This document shows, in pieces, positions 40,115 through 49,421 of a stretch of 64,000 nucleotides of DNA. Source of the DNA: Limisphaerales bacterium (lineage in GTDB: Bacteria > Verrucomicrobiota > Verrucomicrobiia > Limisphaerales > UBA11358); NCBI GenBank assembly GCA_003161635.1, contig PMOA01000148.1, positions 26,144-90,143 of the forward strand, written 5' to 3'. The notes under the pieces are model-generated. The model was not told the DNA's origin, did not search any database, and was given only the letters and a program-made list of their open reading frames with translations. Numbering within the stretch: the stretch's first letter is position 1; each line of letters opens with the position of its first letter. Both the position numbers and the translations under genes were made by a program.

Positions 40115-41477
40115 ACACAGCACCGTCACGCTTGCCCCACGCCGTTGGACGCCGCGCGTTCCCAACCAAGCCGCTAGACCGACATCGGGAAACCAAACAC
40201 AAGGCGGCGCGACGCTCCGGGGTGTCGAACCGTGGGACAAGCCTGTATCGGGCAGCGACCTGTTGAAAAAAATCGTGTTGTTCTTTGAAAACTACGTTTT
40301 TCTTCCACCCAGTGCCGCTGTCGTACTTGCCGTGTGGTGCCTTCAAAGTTGGTGTTACGAACTGTTCGACTTTGCTGCTATCATTGCCGTATGGTCTCCT
40401 GAACACGAGTGCGGCAAAGGCCGGGTGCTTGACGTGGCGGAAAAAATCGTGCGCCGTCCCTTCCGCACCAGCAACACGTCTGCCGCTGTTTTGTATCACG
40501 TCATCAGCAAAGGAAATCTTACGGTGCTTGTGGACGAACTCGACAGTATCAGCGACGAACAGCGCGCCGCCATTTGCAACATCTTAAAGGGTGGCTATCA
40601 GTCCAACGGCACCGCCCACCGGATGGCCATGCGGAACGGCGGACAGGGCGAAATCGAATTTAGCACTTTCTGCCCGAAAATGATTGCGACGATTACCCTC
40701 GACAAGCTGGACAAGGCGACCCGCTCCCGAACCATCGGGATTCGGATGCAGCGCAAGCCGCGTTCCCAGAAGGTCGCCAAGTTCCGTCGCGTGGACGCGA
40801 CTATCCTTCAGCGGAAATGTATGCGCTGGGCGCAGGACAACGTGGAGGCAATCAAGGCCGTGCCACCGATGGACGTTGACGAGTGCGCCACCGACCGGCA
40901 GGAAGATGTTTGGGAGCCTCTTGTTGCCATCGCGCGGGTTGCCGGTGGCGATTGGGAGAAGCGCATCCGGTTTGCGGCGCAACAACTGGCCACCGGCGGA
41001 TCGGATGGGGCGTCCGAGATCGTGGCACACCAACTTCTATCCGCGCTTCAATCGTTTTTTTCCGAGCACGGCGACCGGGCCGATACCAAAACGATCATCG
41101 CCGCGTTGAACGAATCGGGAGACTTCGCCGACGTGAACCGTGGTCGGGGATTGAACCCGCAATACGTCGCAAAGCTCCTTAAACCCTACGGCATTGAGCC
41201 GCGCGTCCATAAAACGACCGAGGGAACGACAGCGCGAGGATATTCCCGTGACGACTGCGAACCGGCTTTCGCTGCCTATTTATCCGACGCACCGCCAAAA
41301 AACATGCCCGGAAAGTGTAACTCCGTAACCACCGTTGAAAACATTGATCATAATGCGGTTTTTGGAAACGTAACCGAAGGGAACGGTTACACTTCGGAAA
41401 ATGCGGTTCCGGCCAATAAAAACGCGGGTGGTTACGGAGTTACGGTTCAAAACCCACTCATCGAGGAGTTCGCATGA
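40035..41477 (+). CDS. DUF3631-family protein (mobile-element replication/primase-associated)
   Basis: EPWDKPVSGSDLLKKIVLFFENYVFLP..., VLVDELDS, DRQEDVWEPLVAIARVAGGDWEKR. Start uncertain, as the ORF overlaps the xis-like gene by 80 nt. Confidence 0.75.
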   Translation: MLSLKLIVGCWSGLVFAALGRRTWHNEHSTVTLAPRRWTPRVPNQAARPTSGNQTQGGATLRGVEPWDKPVSGSDLLKKIVLFFENYVFLPPSAAVVLAVWCLQSWCYELFDFAAIIAVWSPEHECGKGRVLDVAEKIVRRPFRTSNTSAAVLYHVISKGNLTVLVDELDSISDEQRAAICNILKGGYQSNGTAHRMAMRNGGQGEIEFSTFCPKMIATITLDKLDKATRSRTIGIRMQRKPRSQKVAKFRRVDATILQRKCMRWAQDNVEAIKAVPPMDVDECATDRQEDVWEPLVAIARVAGGDWEKRIRFAAQQLATGGSDGASEIVAHQLLSALQSFFSEHGDRADTKTIIAALNESGDFADVNRGRGLNPQYVAKLLKPYGIEPRVHKTTEGTTARGYSRDDCEPAFAAYLSDAPPKNMPGKCNSVTTVENIDHNAVFGNVTEGNGYTSENAVPANKNAGGYGVTVQNPLIEEFA

Positions 41478-41854
41478 AGACGCCCGTTGAAGTTCTGCTG
41501 GCGGTCGCTGGCTTTGGCGGGAAACTCGGCATCAAGAGTGACAGGCTGCAGATGCTTTTACCCGCCGACTGTCCACCGGAACTGAAAGCCGCTATCCGGC
41601 AGCACAAGGCCGCCCTGCTTGAATTGCTCCGGCTGAACTTTCTGGTTGTCCGTTCCGATACACTAAACGGCATCATCTTTTGGACGCCCGATAAAGCGAC
41701 AAAAGAATGTCTCGTCACCAACGGTGCTGATAGGGGTTGTATTTACACAGCATCCGAGCTTGAGCAATTGGTCTATCGCCGTGTCACCGTTGGCGAACTA
41801 CCACTGCTTCACGCCGCCAAGCGGCGTTTCGGTGGTAAGTTGATAGAACCATGA
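41474..41854 (+). CDS. Hypothetical small protein (docking-helix-like N-terminus)
   Basis: ATGA overlap with the DUF3631 gene. LLPADCPPELKAAIRQHKAALLELL. Confidence 0.55.
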   Translation: MKTPVEVLLAVAGFGGKLGIKSDRLQMLLPADCPPELKAAIRQHKAALLELLRLNFLVVRSDTLNGIIFWTPDKATKECLVTNGADRGCIYTASELEQLVYRRVTVGELPLLHAAKRRFGGKLIEP

Positions 41855-42824
41855 ATCCGCCCCCCTTGGTCGGGCGAACACAAAGTGAGACTTCAACCCG
41901 CCGTGTAAACTGGCAGTTGCTGAATGAAAAAACGGAGCGACTGTCGTCCTGTTCGACATCGGTGTGACCACCGAAGTGGGGATTTAGAGAATGTGCATTT
42001 TGCCCGTTCAGGCCGAGAAAACCTCGGAGCCTCAATCTTCACGAGGTTTGTCACCCTGAGCGGGCTTTCTTTTGTGATTCGGCCAAGAGCCGAGCATCAG
42101 GTTGCCCCAGTCAAACGCAGTTCTTTGAGATGGCGGTGAAAATTGAATCGTGATAACGGTCGAAGGCGGCCGTTGACGCACCAAGCCCGTAGCAAGCGCA
42201 TGTTCAACGGATTAATCATCCTCATTCCTTCGGGAGCACGAGATGTAGTCGAAAGACTGAAGAACATTGTAAAAAAGCCGGAAACCGGAATACACACCGA
42301 GCCGACAGCGAAAAACCACTCCGCCGAAACCTCAAGGTCTGACATAGCAGCGCGACTCTGACGAGCCTGCCGGAACGTAAGAACCTCCGGCGACAAGTGG
42401 AAAGCGGGTTTGCGCCAAGCGAAAGATCCAGACAGCGGGCTGGCAGGTGCGGTTTGTCCGTTTTCCATTTCCAGCCCGTCCGACAGCGGTTCCTCGATCC
42501 TTCAGATGCTGGTTGGTTCCAGACCGTCTGGTCAGGTCAATACTACCGCACTTTCAGGATGTTCGTCCGCAGGATCAGGCTGGTGCGTTTACCGCCAAAG
42601 AACTGACATGCTCCGTGTCGGCATTTATTGGATCGAGAGTGGTCGCATCATTGCCACCGGCCACCGCACGGCGGAATCGGTGGAACTTGGAACCCCAGAT
42701 CATTTCTTATGCGCTGGGGCTTCAAACTGGCAGTCAGGGGCGGTCTCGGCAGAAAAACGCAGGATCGTGGCAACAGCGGCGCAGCGTCGGCCAACGTCGG
42801 GGCGATGTCGATGCCCAACGGCGG

Positions 42825-44147
42825 TCATTGAGCCGGGTAACCCACCGGAGCCGGAGGGTTTCGCCGCACGGCCAACCACGTTACCAGACCAGCTGCGGCA
42901 CAAATTAATGCCCCCACTGCGATTGTCCACGGCACACCCACGGCATGCGACAGGAAGCCCGATTCGAGGCCACCCACGGGCATCATACCACCGAACACCA
43001 GCGCCCAAATGCCCATGACTCGCCCGCGCATCGCATCCGAAACGCTGGTCTGAATGAGCGTATTTATCGTGGAGAAATTGAGCAGCATCCCCCAACCACT
43101 CAACACAAAACATGCCAGCACGAGAGGATACCAGCGCACAACGGCCAGAAGCACCAGCATGGCCGAGAACAACCACAGCCCGCCGAAAATCATAAGTCGT
43201 GGCCGCACCCGGCTGCCGAAGGTGGCCACTGTAAGTGCGCCCAAAAGCGCGCCCAAGCCATTGGCGCTTAACATTACACCGTAACCACTCTCGCCGACAT
43301 GAAGGATGTCTGTCGCATAAGCGGGCAGCAGCACCGAATATGACCAGCCAAAAATACCCACCACGCCAAAGAGCATCAGAAGAATGCGCACACGGCGTTG
43401 ACCGGCCACATAGGCGAATCCGTCAAGGATGTGCCGTCCGGTAGAGTGCGGTTCTGCTGGTGGCACAAATTTGGGCAGGCGCATCATCAATAGTCCGATT
43501 ATGACCGCGATGAAACTGAGGCCATTCAGGAGGAAACACCATGTCATCCCCACGGACGCCATGAGGAAACCGGCCACGGCGGGGCCGACGACCCGTGCGC
43601 CGTTGACGATGGCACTATTCAGCGACACCGCATTCATCAGGTGTTCGCGGCTGGTCATCTCTACCATGAACGCCTGACGGGCGGGCATGTCGAACGCCAT
43701 CGCCACCCCACCCAAAGCCGCCAGCACGAGGATGTGCCAAGTCTGAATGTGGCCGCTCCCCACCAACGCCGCAAACGCGAAGGCCAGCAGCATCATTCCG
43801 GTCTGGGTGAAAAAAACAATGGTGCGTTTGGGATGCCGGTCGGCCACGGAACCGCCCCAGAGTGAGAACAACAGCATGGGCAGCGACCCTACGGCGACGA
43901 CGGTTCCCAACAAAACCTTGGAACCGGTCAACTGATAGACCAGCCATCCTTGGGCGGTGCCCTGCATCCACGTTCCAGTGAGTGACACGAGTTGCCCGAC
44001 GAAAAACAACCGGAAATTCCGATGCTTTAGTGCGGCGAAGGTGTCGCGCCACGATACGCGGCCCACTACAGCGCGCCGAAGCTGCCCAGTGACCTCTTGC
44101 GGAACATTGGCGATTTGTGCGGTTGATTTAGTCTGTTCAGAAGGCAT
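42825..44147 (-). CDS. MFS transporter (EntS/MFS_3-like exporter)
   Basis: [34 protein letters not shown]. 12 hydrophobic segments. Confidence 0.85.
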   Translation of the reverse strand: MPSEQTKSTAQIANVPQEVTGQLRRAVVGRVSWRDTFAALKHRNFRLFFVGQLVSLTGTWMQGTAQGWLVYQLTGSKVLLGTVVAVGSLPMLLFSLWGGSVADRHPKRTIVFFTQTGMMLLAFAFAALVGSGHIQTWHILVLAALGGVAMAFDMPARQAFMVEMTSREHLMNAVSLNSAIVNGARVVGPAVAGFLMASVGMTWCFLLNGLSFIAVIIGLLMMRLPKFVPPAEPHSTGRHILDGFAYVAGQRRVRILLMLFGVVGIFGWSYSVLLPAYATDILHVGESGYGVMLSANGLGALLGALTVATFGSRVRPRLMIFGGLWLFSAMLVLLAVVRWYPLVLACFVLSGWGMLLNFSTINTLIQTSVSDAMRGRVMGIWALVFGGMMPVGGLESGFLSHAVGVPWTIAVGALICAAAGLVTWLAVRRNPPAPVGYPAQ

Positions 44148-44190
44148 CGCAGTCAGGGGCGGAATACTACAGGGTCAGCCACCACCGCAA

Positions 44191-44985
44191 ATGCTCGCCT
44201 ACGTCGAAGAAGCACACAACATCTTGCCTTCATCGAAAGAGGATGACTTAAAAGATGTTTGGGTGAAGACGGCGAAAGAGGGCGCGAAGTATAATATCGG
44301 TCTTGTATATGCGACGCAGGAAGTATCCTCGATTCAGAAAAATATTTTGCGCAATACGGCGAATTGGTTTATCGGCCACCTGAACAACACGGATGAAACG
44401 CGCGAGCTGCGGAAATTTTACGACTTTGCCGATTTTGAAAATAGCATCTTGCGTGCGCAAGACCGTGGATTCATTCGGATGAAGACGCTATGGCGGTATG
44501 CAAAAGGTCGTCTCACTGTCAGCAAGAGCCACATTTACCTGGGCGACAGTCGCGAACAACTAAACACTCTAGCGAGGAAGGCAAGCGGCGATGGTGCGAA
44601 GCTGTTGTTCACTTCGCCGCCATACCGTGGAGTCACAAACTATTACTATGATCAGTGGCTCAGGTTTTGGTTGCTCGGTGGCCCGAGCCAGCCGCAAAGT
44701 CCAAGGGAACAGTGCAAAGGTAAGTTTGAAAACCAGCAAGAATATGTGGACATGTTGCAAACTGTATTTCTACGCTCCAGACCTCTTCTCTCTCGCCGTG
44801 CGGTTGTCTATGTGCGCACTGACGCGCGGACATTTACACTTGAGGCAACTATCAAGGCTCTGGAGAGTGCATTTCCCCGGAAAAAGCTCCGAAGTGAAAC
44901 GTATTCGCAACCTGAGTTTACACAGACGACGCTTTTTGATTCTAACGCCGAGTCTGAAGGTGAAGTTGATTTGGTGATGTGGTAG
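44191..44985 (+). pseudogene. Chimeric remnant: C-terminus of a DUF87/HerA-like ATPase fused to a truncated SPPY DNA methyltransferase
   Basis: [13 protein letters not shown]...[39 protein letters not shown]...GFIRMKTL, then ...[10 protein letters not shown]...[16 protein letters not shown]... with no FxGxG SAM-binding motif. The first 65 aa of the track ORF 43957.. are antisense to the MFS gene. Confidence 0.55.
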
Positions 44986-45164
44986 AGATGGGTCTCGGGT
45001 TTGGAATCCTGCGCCGGGAGGATGAAAAACTGGAAGCGGCCCAAGTGCGGCGAATCATCGCCGCCTTGGACGAAAAGTGCCGGGACGTGGAATTCTGAAT
45101 TCACCGCGCAAAAATAACGTGAAGCCGAAAGCGGACTTGTCGCGCTGTAGCTCCACTTTCACTA

Positions 45165-46910
45165 TCAAATGGAGTGTGTCGATACGTTAGAAAGGCCCTC
45201 TAATTCTTGTTTGAGAAATGTGATTATAGAATGTTTGCGTTCGGATTCTGGTAATCTTAATGCCGCTTCTATTGCGGACAAGCAACGTTCGCGGACTCGA
45301 TTATGCCTGAGCTGGGGGTTGGGATTATTCAGCTTCGTATAGAAATATCCGTGCATTAGGTAGGGAGTATATCCGAATTGATTCGTGAAATCCTTCTGTG
45401 AGCGGAATAGCGCAAGGCCTACACACTTGCCGGATGTTACAGCTTTCGCAAATGCTGATGCAACGGTAGTCGCAACGAGATTAAACACGTCGGTCGCTGT
45501 TCCGATGTAAACGGCGGCCCCGGAACAGCCGAAGTTTTTGGCCAACGTCCGCCAAGAGCAACAGGCGTTGTTAAAAACCACCGGATAGTGACACGCGCCG
45601 ATGTCCTCATGTACCGGCAAATAGTGCCCATCGGCCATCTGAAGGCCTTCAAAACCTTTAACATTCCTTGATTCCACGTTGGCCAGAACTTCACGAGCTT
45701 CAGATCCTTCTTTATGTGTCCTTGCATGCAGTAAAAAATCTTCCATCAATTCGCCTGCCTTGACCTTTTCCTTGCCGGGCCGGTCGCCCCAACTGATGCC
45801 ATCTATCGAAATCGGCACATAAAGAAACATCACTTCAATCAGCCCGTCCGGGGAAGGATTTGCAGCAAACTCGGGCGTGGGAGAAATACTCAAGATTCGA
45901 TCATAACAAATCTCATGATACACTCCCCTTCTGTCGGGAAATCGCTCGGTCATTCGCCGTCCGTCAACCTCTCCGCAATGTGTAGAGAAGAAAATGAAAT
46001 CTGAAGGAAGGCACTGGGCGAGATATCTAGCCTGCGTTACCGTGGCCAAGTCACCATAAGCCAGCCGGAGGTAGTATCCTGCAGCCCCAAATGTCTTTCG
46101 CAGGACTTCAAATTCACTTTGCCCAACTTTGTTTGGGTCAATCAATATTACGACCGGACAGCGAGCACGACTAAGAGATTTCAACATCCCTGAACACACA
46201 TTTATACCTAGAGACGAGAAAGGAAAGTAGTGAGTGGTTGGGCGATCAAACGGTAATAGACCATAAGGAACCCCGCGGGTAATGAACGAAATGGGCTTAT
46301 CGCTTTTTATTTCGAACAGCGCCTTAGGCAAGCGCGCCTCAACGAACGCTAGAGAAGCGTCCTTTGCGGCCCTTTTCTCTTCCGCTGTCCCATTTGACCA
46401 AATCCAAAGTTCTTCCTTCAGCATATCCAACTCCGATTCCGAAACCTCGGAGAGTTGGAGAATCCCGCCGCCGTGTGCGATCGCTAGGTTCGCAGCAATG
46501 ACGTGAGATATATTGAAGCTCCCTTCCACAGCAAAAATCTCTGCCTCACATCCGGTGCCGGATACCAGCAGCGCTTCAAACCCTAACGCTTGGTCATTCA
46601 GTCGGGCGTGTACTGATAAGGCTTGGGCATCAAAGTGCTCGAACGCTATGCATTCGATCTCAGTAAAAAATGTTCGGAGTTTATTCGCAACCTCCGGCGG
46701 CACCTTTAGAAACAGCACCTTTTGGACTTCCAACGCTCTCACCGCATTACTCACCCGAATGCAGGCATTTTCAAAGAAACCGTATTCAACCTTCCACATC
46801 GCCGGAGCTTCGATGACCGAAAGATAAACCCCAGGCTTGCGAAGTCGCGAACACACATGCTCCGCGAGCTCTGCGTCTCCGGCAATAATGGCGAGGTTTG
46901 AAAACGTCAT
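45165..46910 (-). CDS. Orphan CHAT-like (caspase-fold) protease with an unknown ~300-aa N-terminal region
   Basis: Putative dyad: DFIFFSTHCGEVDG (His311, nt 45978-45980) and HYPVVFNNACCSWRT...GCSGAAVYIGTATDV (Cys450/451, nt 45558-45563). CHAT-like tail TPYLMHGYFY. Lower GC than the core genome. Confidence 0.5.
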   Translation of the reverse strand: MTFSNLAIIAGDAELAEHVCSRLRKPGVYLSVIEAPAMWKVEYGFFENACIRVSNAVRALEVQKVLFLKVPPEVANKLRTFFTEIECIAFEHFDAQALSVHARLNDQALGFEALLVSGTGCEAEIFAVEGSFNISHVIAANLAIAHGGGILQLSEVSESELDMLKEELWIWSNGTAEEKRAAKDASLAFVEARLPKALFEIKSDKPISFITRGVPYGLLPFDRPTTHYFPFSSLGINVCSGMLKSLSRARCPVVILIDPNKVGQSEFEVLRKTFGAAGYYLRLAYGDLATVTQARYLAQCLPSDFIFFSTHCGEVDGRRMTERFPDRRGVYHEICYDRILSISPTPEFAANPSPDGLIEVMFLYVPISIDGISWGDRPGKEKVKAGELMEDFLLHARTHKEGSEAREVLANVESRNVKGFEGLQMADGHYLPVHEDIGACHYPVVFNNACCSWRTLAKNFGCSGAAVYIGTATDVFNLVATTVASAFAKAVTSGKCVGLALFRSQKDFTNQFGYTPYLMHGYFYTKLNNPNPQLRHNRVRERCLSAIEAALRLPESERKHSIITFLKQELEGLSNVSTHSI

Positions 46911-47173
46911 TCGATCACCAACCCATCTTATCAGAATGTGCCCCGCCTGAAAACCGGAGAATCCACGTTATGACACATATACGGTATTTTTTACCATTTT
47001 TTAACAGAACTTTGATTGGCAGCGTTTGCATTCAACCGTTTTATGTCATCCCGGTCTCTGTCGCGGTTTGAAGCCTCCTTGCTGCGAATGAGACCGCCCC
47101 GGTCAACGAAGGGGATTCGTGAAAGGGTCGGGTCTAGAATTGTGACATTTTACGCTTTCACAATTTCAGTATT

Positions 47174-47938
47174 TCAGCTTTTACCTTCGTCACCCCACCA
47201 TTGCCGCTCAAAAAAGTCCCGGCCAATCCGCACCGGCTCGATGCAGCGCGGGTCATCCGATTTGGGGCTGTTCACCAGATTGCTGACCGGATAAATCTTC
47301 AACGGCTCATCTAGTGGATGATTCAGCGCCAGCTTGTAGGCATCACTGTGCGGGTCGTCGTCCTTCAGCCACCAATCAAAATGATTCGACGCCACGATTA
47401 CCGGCATCCGGTCGTGCAGCGGCGCAATGGCCGCGTTCGCCGCCTGCGTGATGATGGTGAACGATTCAATCGTCTCGCTTGGTGGTGCTTCGTCCAGGTC
47501 GGTGTCATACTTGCCGGCGACCGGCGGCTTGACCCACCGGTCCCACAAACCGGCAAAGCAAAACGGCTCGCCGCTTTTCAGCATCACCCGGAACGGTTGC
47601 CGCTCTCCGTGCATTTCCTTCCACTCAAAAAAACTGTCCGCCGGAATCAGGCACCGCCGATGCTTGAATGCCTCGCGAAAAGCCGTCCGGTTTTCAATCG
47701 TTTCCGACCGCGCATTGATGAGCGCATTGCCCGTGCTTTCGTCCTTCGCCCAAGAGGGAATTAAACCCCAGCGCATCAGTTTCATCGCCGGCTGGTTGTG
47801 CTCATTGAAGATCACCGGCGCAAGTTGCGTCGGTGCGATGTTGTAGCGCGGCGCAAAAAACGGCACCCGCGCCATGACGATGCCCATCAGTTTGATCAGC
47901 TCGCCAAAATCCTTCGCCGCCGTATATCGCCCGCACAT
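47174..47938 (-). CDS. SOS-response-associated peptidase (SRAP/YedK/HMCES family, abasic-site DNA-protein crosslinking)
   Basis: MCGRY (N-terminal catalytic Cys2), YNIAPTQ, RWGLIPSW, INARSETI, RCLIPADSFFEW, HDRMPVI. Confidence 0.92.
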   Translation of the reverse strand: MCGRYTAAKDFGELIKLMGIVMARVPFFAPRYNIAPTQLAPVIFNEHNQPAMKLMRWGLIPSWAKDESTGNALINARSETIENRTAFREAFKHRRCLIPADSFFEWKEMHGERQPFRVMLKSGEPFCFAGLWDRWVKPPVAGKYDTDLDEAPPSETIESFTIITQAANAAIAPLHDRMPVIVASNHFDWWLKDDDPHSDAYKLALNHPLDEPLKIYPVSNLVNSPKSDDPRCIEPVRIGRDFFERQWWGDEGKS

Positions 47939-47994
47939 GCCACCATATTATCACACCACTTGGACACTGGCAGTCCAACCGCAAATTTCCGCTT

Positions 47995-48720
47995 TCACCG
48001 CCGAAACCGCGACCGGCCTTGTCCCTGTCCAGTCATGGCCTGTTGAACGCCCTTCACTTTCAGCATCGCCAGTGCCAACGCGCGCATCGCTTCGTCCGGA
48101 ACCTTGGTGGGCAGCAGTTGCGAAAACCGGCCTTGGATGTTTTTCAGTTCCGAACCGGTAGATTCGCCAAAGCCGAAGAACTTATGATTGTCGCTGCGGA
48201 TGATGGGCAGCAGTTTCTGTTTCTGGCCTGCAGCGATTGACTCGCCCATGAGAACCACGACCTCGCGCCGGTCGAACGCCTCGGACGGCGCTTCGGTCAT
48301 GTCGAACTTCTCGCCGGGCTTGGCCGTTTTCACCCACGCTTCCAGCGCCATGACCGCGACGGTCGCTCCACAGGCAACGGCCATCAATTTCGATTGGGTG
48401 GCAAAATCGTCCTTGGCCTTCTCATCAGCCAGGTTTTGGGGCATGAGCATGACCTGCTTGCCGTCGCTGCCAATCAGGAACAGAGTGGGCGGCAGACTTC
48501 CGGTGCCCCGCATGCAATATTCGGCGTAGTGCCGGGCATTGGCCAGCAGGTCGTCCAGCGTCTTCGGATTCAGGTTCGGCGACATCCGGCCTGACATTAA
48601 ACAAACCGCCGGAACGTCCAAGTCGAATTGCGGGAAATACGCAGCTTTCATCGATCCGCTAATCAGGCCATTTTGGGGCCGAACTGCCCGATGTGGCCAA
48701 ATTTGCCTGATAATCGCCAA
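47995..48720 (-). CDS. Hypothetical protein (start uncertain: M24 MKAAYFP or M43 MSGRMSPN)
   Basis: Normal composition. 56 nt upstream of the SRAP gene on the same strand. No family recognised. Confidence 0.55.
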   Translation of the reverse strand: MAIIRQIWPHRAVRPQNGLISGSMKAAYFPQFDLDVPAVCLMSGRMSPNLNPKTLDDLLANARHYAEYCMRGTGSLPPTLFLIGSDGKQVMLMPQNLADEKAKDDFATQSKLMAVACGATVAVMALEAWVKTAKPGEKFDMTEAPSEAFDRREVVVLMGESIAAGQKQKLLPIIRSDNHKFFGFGESTGSELKNIQGRFSQLLPTKVPDEAMRALALAMLKVKGVQQAMTGQGQGRSRFRR

Positions 48721-48956
48721 ATTCGCAGATTTAAACGCCCCACCACGATGCCGCAGGATTGCGCGTCGTCGCGTTCAGCGGCGTCTTTAGGCTTAACAGG
48801 CCTGATTGTGCGATCTGGCATCTTTAATTCGAAGATTGCCGACGTCGCCCGAAAACAGCGAGCGTGGGCGGCTGATTCAACGTAGCACCAGTTGTTGTTC
48901 ATTCGGCTCGCGCATCCTTCTCGCTTCATCACGACAAGCCGAAGGCGTCGAAATAA

Positions 48957-49243
48957 GTGTGGCCGCTATTCCGCCATTGCCACCTTGTCCGAACTGGCAA
49001 AGGTGTGTTGTTTCCGTACCTGTCCCGCGTGCGCGCCGGTGATCGCGCCACGGAATTCAAGCAACGCTGTCGACAACTCGGCATCAAAGGCGTCACGCTC
49101 CACAGCTACCGCTACGCCTGGGCGGAAAGGGCCAAAACAGCAACGCGGTGCATCGCGCCTACGCCAAACGTGCCCTGATGAAAATCCCGTCGCTGGAAGA
49201 TTACGAACAGCGGGCCGTGGCTAAGACCAAACTGGCGGCGTGA
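48957..49243 (+). pseudogene. C-terminal fragment of a third, unrelated tyrosine integrase
   Basis: LFPYLSRVRAGDRATEFKQRCRQLGIKGVTLHSYRYAWAERAK, then a frame change to ...NSNAVHRAYAKRALMKIPSLEDYEQRAVAKTKLAA*. Confidence 0.6.
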
Positions 49244-49421
49244 ACAAACCGCCAACTCCACCGTCAACCGTCCGTGCCGTGCGTGGCCATCCTGGCGCGG
49301 AGTCTTACAAACGACTGGTGTTATTATTGCCAAATCCACTCGGAAAATGGAGTGAAACTCGCATAAAGTGCGGCGAGAATAACACCAGCCAATCAACAGA
49401 CACCACACTATCGCCCGCAGC

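Larger units (their letters stand above)
36036..49420. mobile_element. Composite, decaying integrative island adjacent to tRNA-Arg(CCT)
   Basis: Two intact and one fragmentary tyrosine integrase, two excisionase-like genes, a DUF3631 protein, patchy lower GC and pseudogene debris. Flanked by core genes (tRNA/LbH transferase on one side, fucP on the other). No tRNA-derived direct repeat was found by eye, so the right boundary is approximate. Confidence 0.6.

Noticed and set aside
43957-44190. N-terminal 78 aa of the 342-aa track ORF 43957..44985
   Set aside because: This part is antisense to the MFS gene start. Real homology (ATPase tail) begins only around 44191.
44987-45097. 36-aa ORF MGLGFGILRREDEKLEAAQVRRIIAALDEKCRDVEF as a small toxin/antitoxin
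   Set aside because: No partner gene, no recognisable motif, and it lies in pseudogene debris. Insufficient support.
36036-49420. att direct repeats derived from the tRNA-Arg 3' end
   Set aside because: I scanned by eye for ggttcaattcctgatggggg and sub-strings of it, particularly at 37450-37670, 41855-42000, 44148-44200 and 49240-49420, and found none. A mismatch-tolerant computational search is still needed.
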